A stretch of 64,000 bases of DNA, from assembly GCF_004010195.1 (NCBI RefSeq), contig NC_057715.1:93452258-93516257 (forward strand). Reading direction: 5' to 3'. Under the pieces are notes generated by a model. It worked only from the letters and a program-made list of their open reading frames with translations, had not been told where the DNA came from and did no database searches. Position numbers and translations under genes: made by a program. This document shows positions 62,393-64,000 of this stretch, in pieces. The stretch comes from Chiloscyllium plagiosum (Eukaryota). Each line of letters begins with the position of its first letter. Positions within the stretch are counted from its first letter, which is position 1.

Positions 62393-64000
62393 CAAAAGAG
62401 TTAAGACATGAAGGGGGGAAGACAAGAGGAAGATGAAGACTTTAATTGAGCTATTGGGGGATCTGGATGCCACTCTTGTTCAATGAGTATGGCAACCATG
62501 GGGAAAAGAAAGAAGTTGGTTTTTTACAGCATCTCACTACCCAGGATCACACAAAGCATTGCAACCAATGAAATGTACTCATTAGTCTAAGATTAAACAT
62601 AGACTCAATTTCCTATAGACAGTATCAGATGACCCATATTCCACCTTCCTGAAACGATATCAGGAGTGCTCTTGCCTCCATGAGAATTTAATATCTCACC
62701 TCAAAAGCAACACCTGTTTTAGGGAACTTGCTATGTGAAAGAGCTGCAGAGTTTTGGATAAACTGAAGTGACTGGAAGCTAGAGGCTGGGGGATCCACTG
62801 GCAAAGTTGATTCTGGAGGTTGCAAAGACATGGATAAGTTATTTCCAAACAACATTATGAATGTGGAAGCAGGCAGCCTTTGTGATAAAAAGACTACAGA
62901 TTTGAAAGCTCCATTGAGGTCCAATCAGGAGCCTGAGTTAGCACACGTTCCATTTGAACTAGAGACAGTGACGAGGAAGGACTTGGAATTGGAAGTAAGA
63001 TTCAATCATCAAATTTCATGAAAGCTGGGTATGGATTTGGAAGAAGACAATACAGTCAAGGACTTTGGAGAAGAAAGAGAGGTTAGAAATATGATTGTAG
63101 TTAGGCAAAGACAAAGGGGTCAAGGGTGAATTTCTAGATGAGGGCAGTTCTGAAACTATTTACAATCTCAGCCAGCACAGAGATTTAGCAGGGAAGTTAG
63201 ACAGTAAACAGCTTAGTGGGAGGAGGAGGTGGGTCTCATGTGCTCAGATAGGGCATGATGGGAAATGGGATAGAAGGTAATAGAAGGGGTTCAAGGCTGA
63301 GGTAGGTGGGAACCTTGGACGACATTTGACTTGGTTGACAAAGAGATGCAGCAGAGACAAGTTTCAATTTTAGTTGCAAAGAACTCCTGCTTATTGTTGG
63401 AGGGAAGAGTGGATGGACAGGGAAAATGGCTTAAGAAGGCTGATGGTAACAGAGATTTAAAGGCAGAGACTCCATCTGAACTCTGTGAAGACTCTGGAGT
63501 AGTGAATGATAATTGCAGAATTTCTGTGATGCAGAGTGCCCACTTTTTCCCCTTCCAATCTAGATACAAAGAAGACATTGATTTTCACTGAAACATTGTT
63601 GATTGCTTTATTTTAATTCTGGCGAAGTTACCTTTTATATTCCTTAGCTGCAGTTTTGTATATTGAAAATAGGCTGTGTACTCACTGGACAAAATGCTCA
63701 GCAACAAAGTTTTGGATTGCTGGCAATAAATAAAGATTTTTAAATCATAGCCTCCATTCTCCTGTGGATTATGCAGTCCTTGGCACACAGCAAGAACATC
63801 AGTTTGACACAATAACAAGGACTTAAACTCTGATTAAGAAAATGTGCATTATTTCCCCAATGTGAATATTTGTACAATATGCGGAACCCACCTACACAAG
63901 CAACAATGTTCAAGACTCAAGCTGTCCTCTATGTTAGCCAGAATGATGATTGCAGTAAAATCAGCTTCACTATCCTTAGGTAGGGTTCGGCTCCTTTCTA

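Overview
Eukaryotic (vertebrate) DNA, almost certainly a cartilaginous fish: HE1-type tRNA/V-SINEs and HER1/CR1 LINEs are abundant, and assignment to a shark is an inference. Two complete spliced genes, assembled by hand from GT-AG boundaries with consistent phases, lie tail-to-tail. On + is a 7-coding-exon, 330-aa secreted fibrinogen-like-1 (FGL1)-type gene (13607-28569), probably a paralog rather than canonical FGL1. On - is a 4-coding-exon, 900-aa THSD1 (59479-42306). The rest is a dense, nested retroelement landscape: CR1/HER1 LINEs, HE1 SINEs, a Tx1-clade LINE inside a tRNA-derived SINE, solo LTRs, a MITE, a 2.3-kb 41-bp minisatellite at the head of a CR1, and many Penelope-like fragments carrying minimal hammerhead-ribozyme cores. 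There are two assembly gaps. Exon coordinates were counted base by base; repeat boundaries are approximate unless a target-site duplication (TSD) is quoted. No database searches were run; comparisons to human proteins are from memory.
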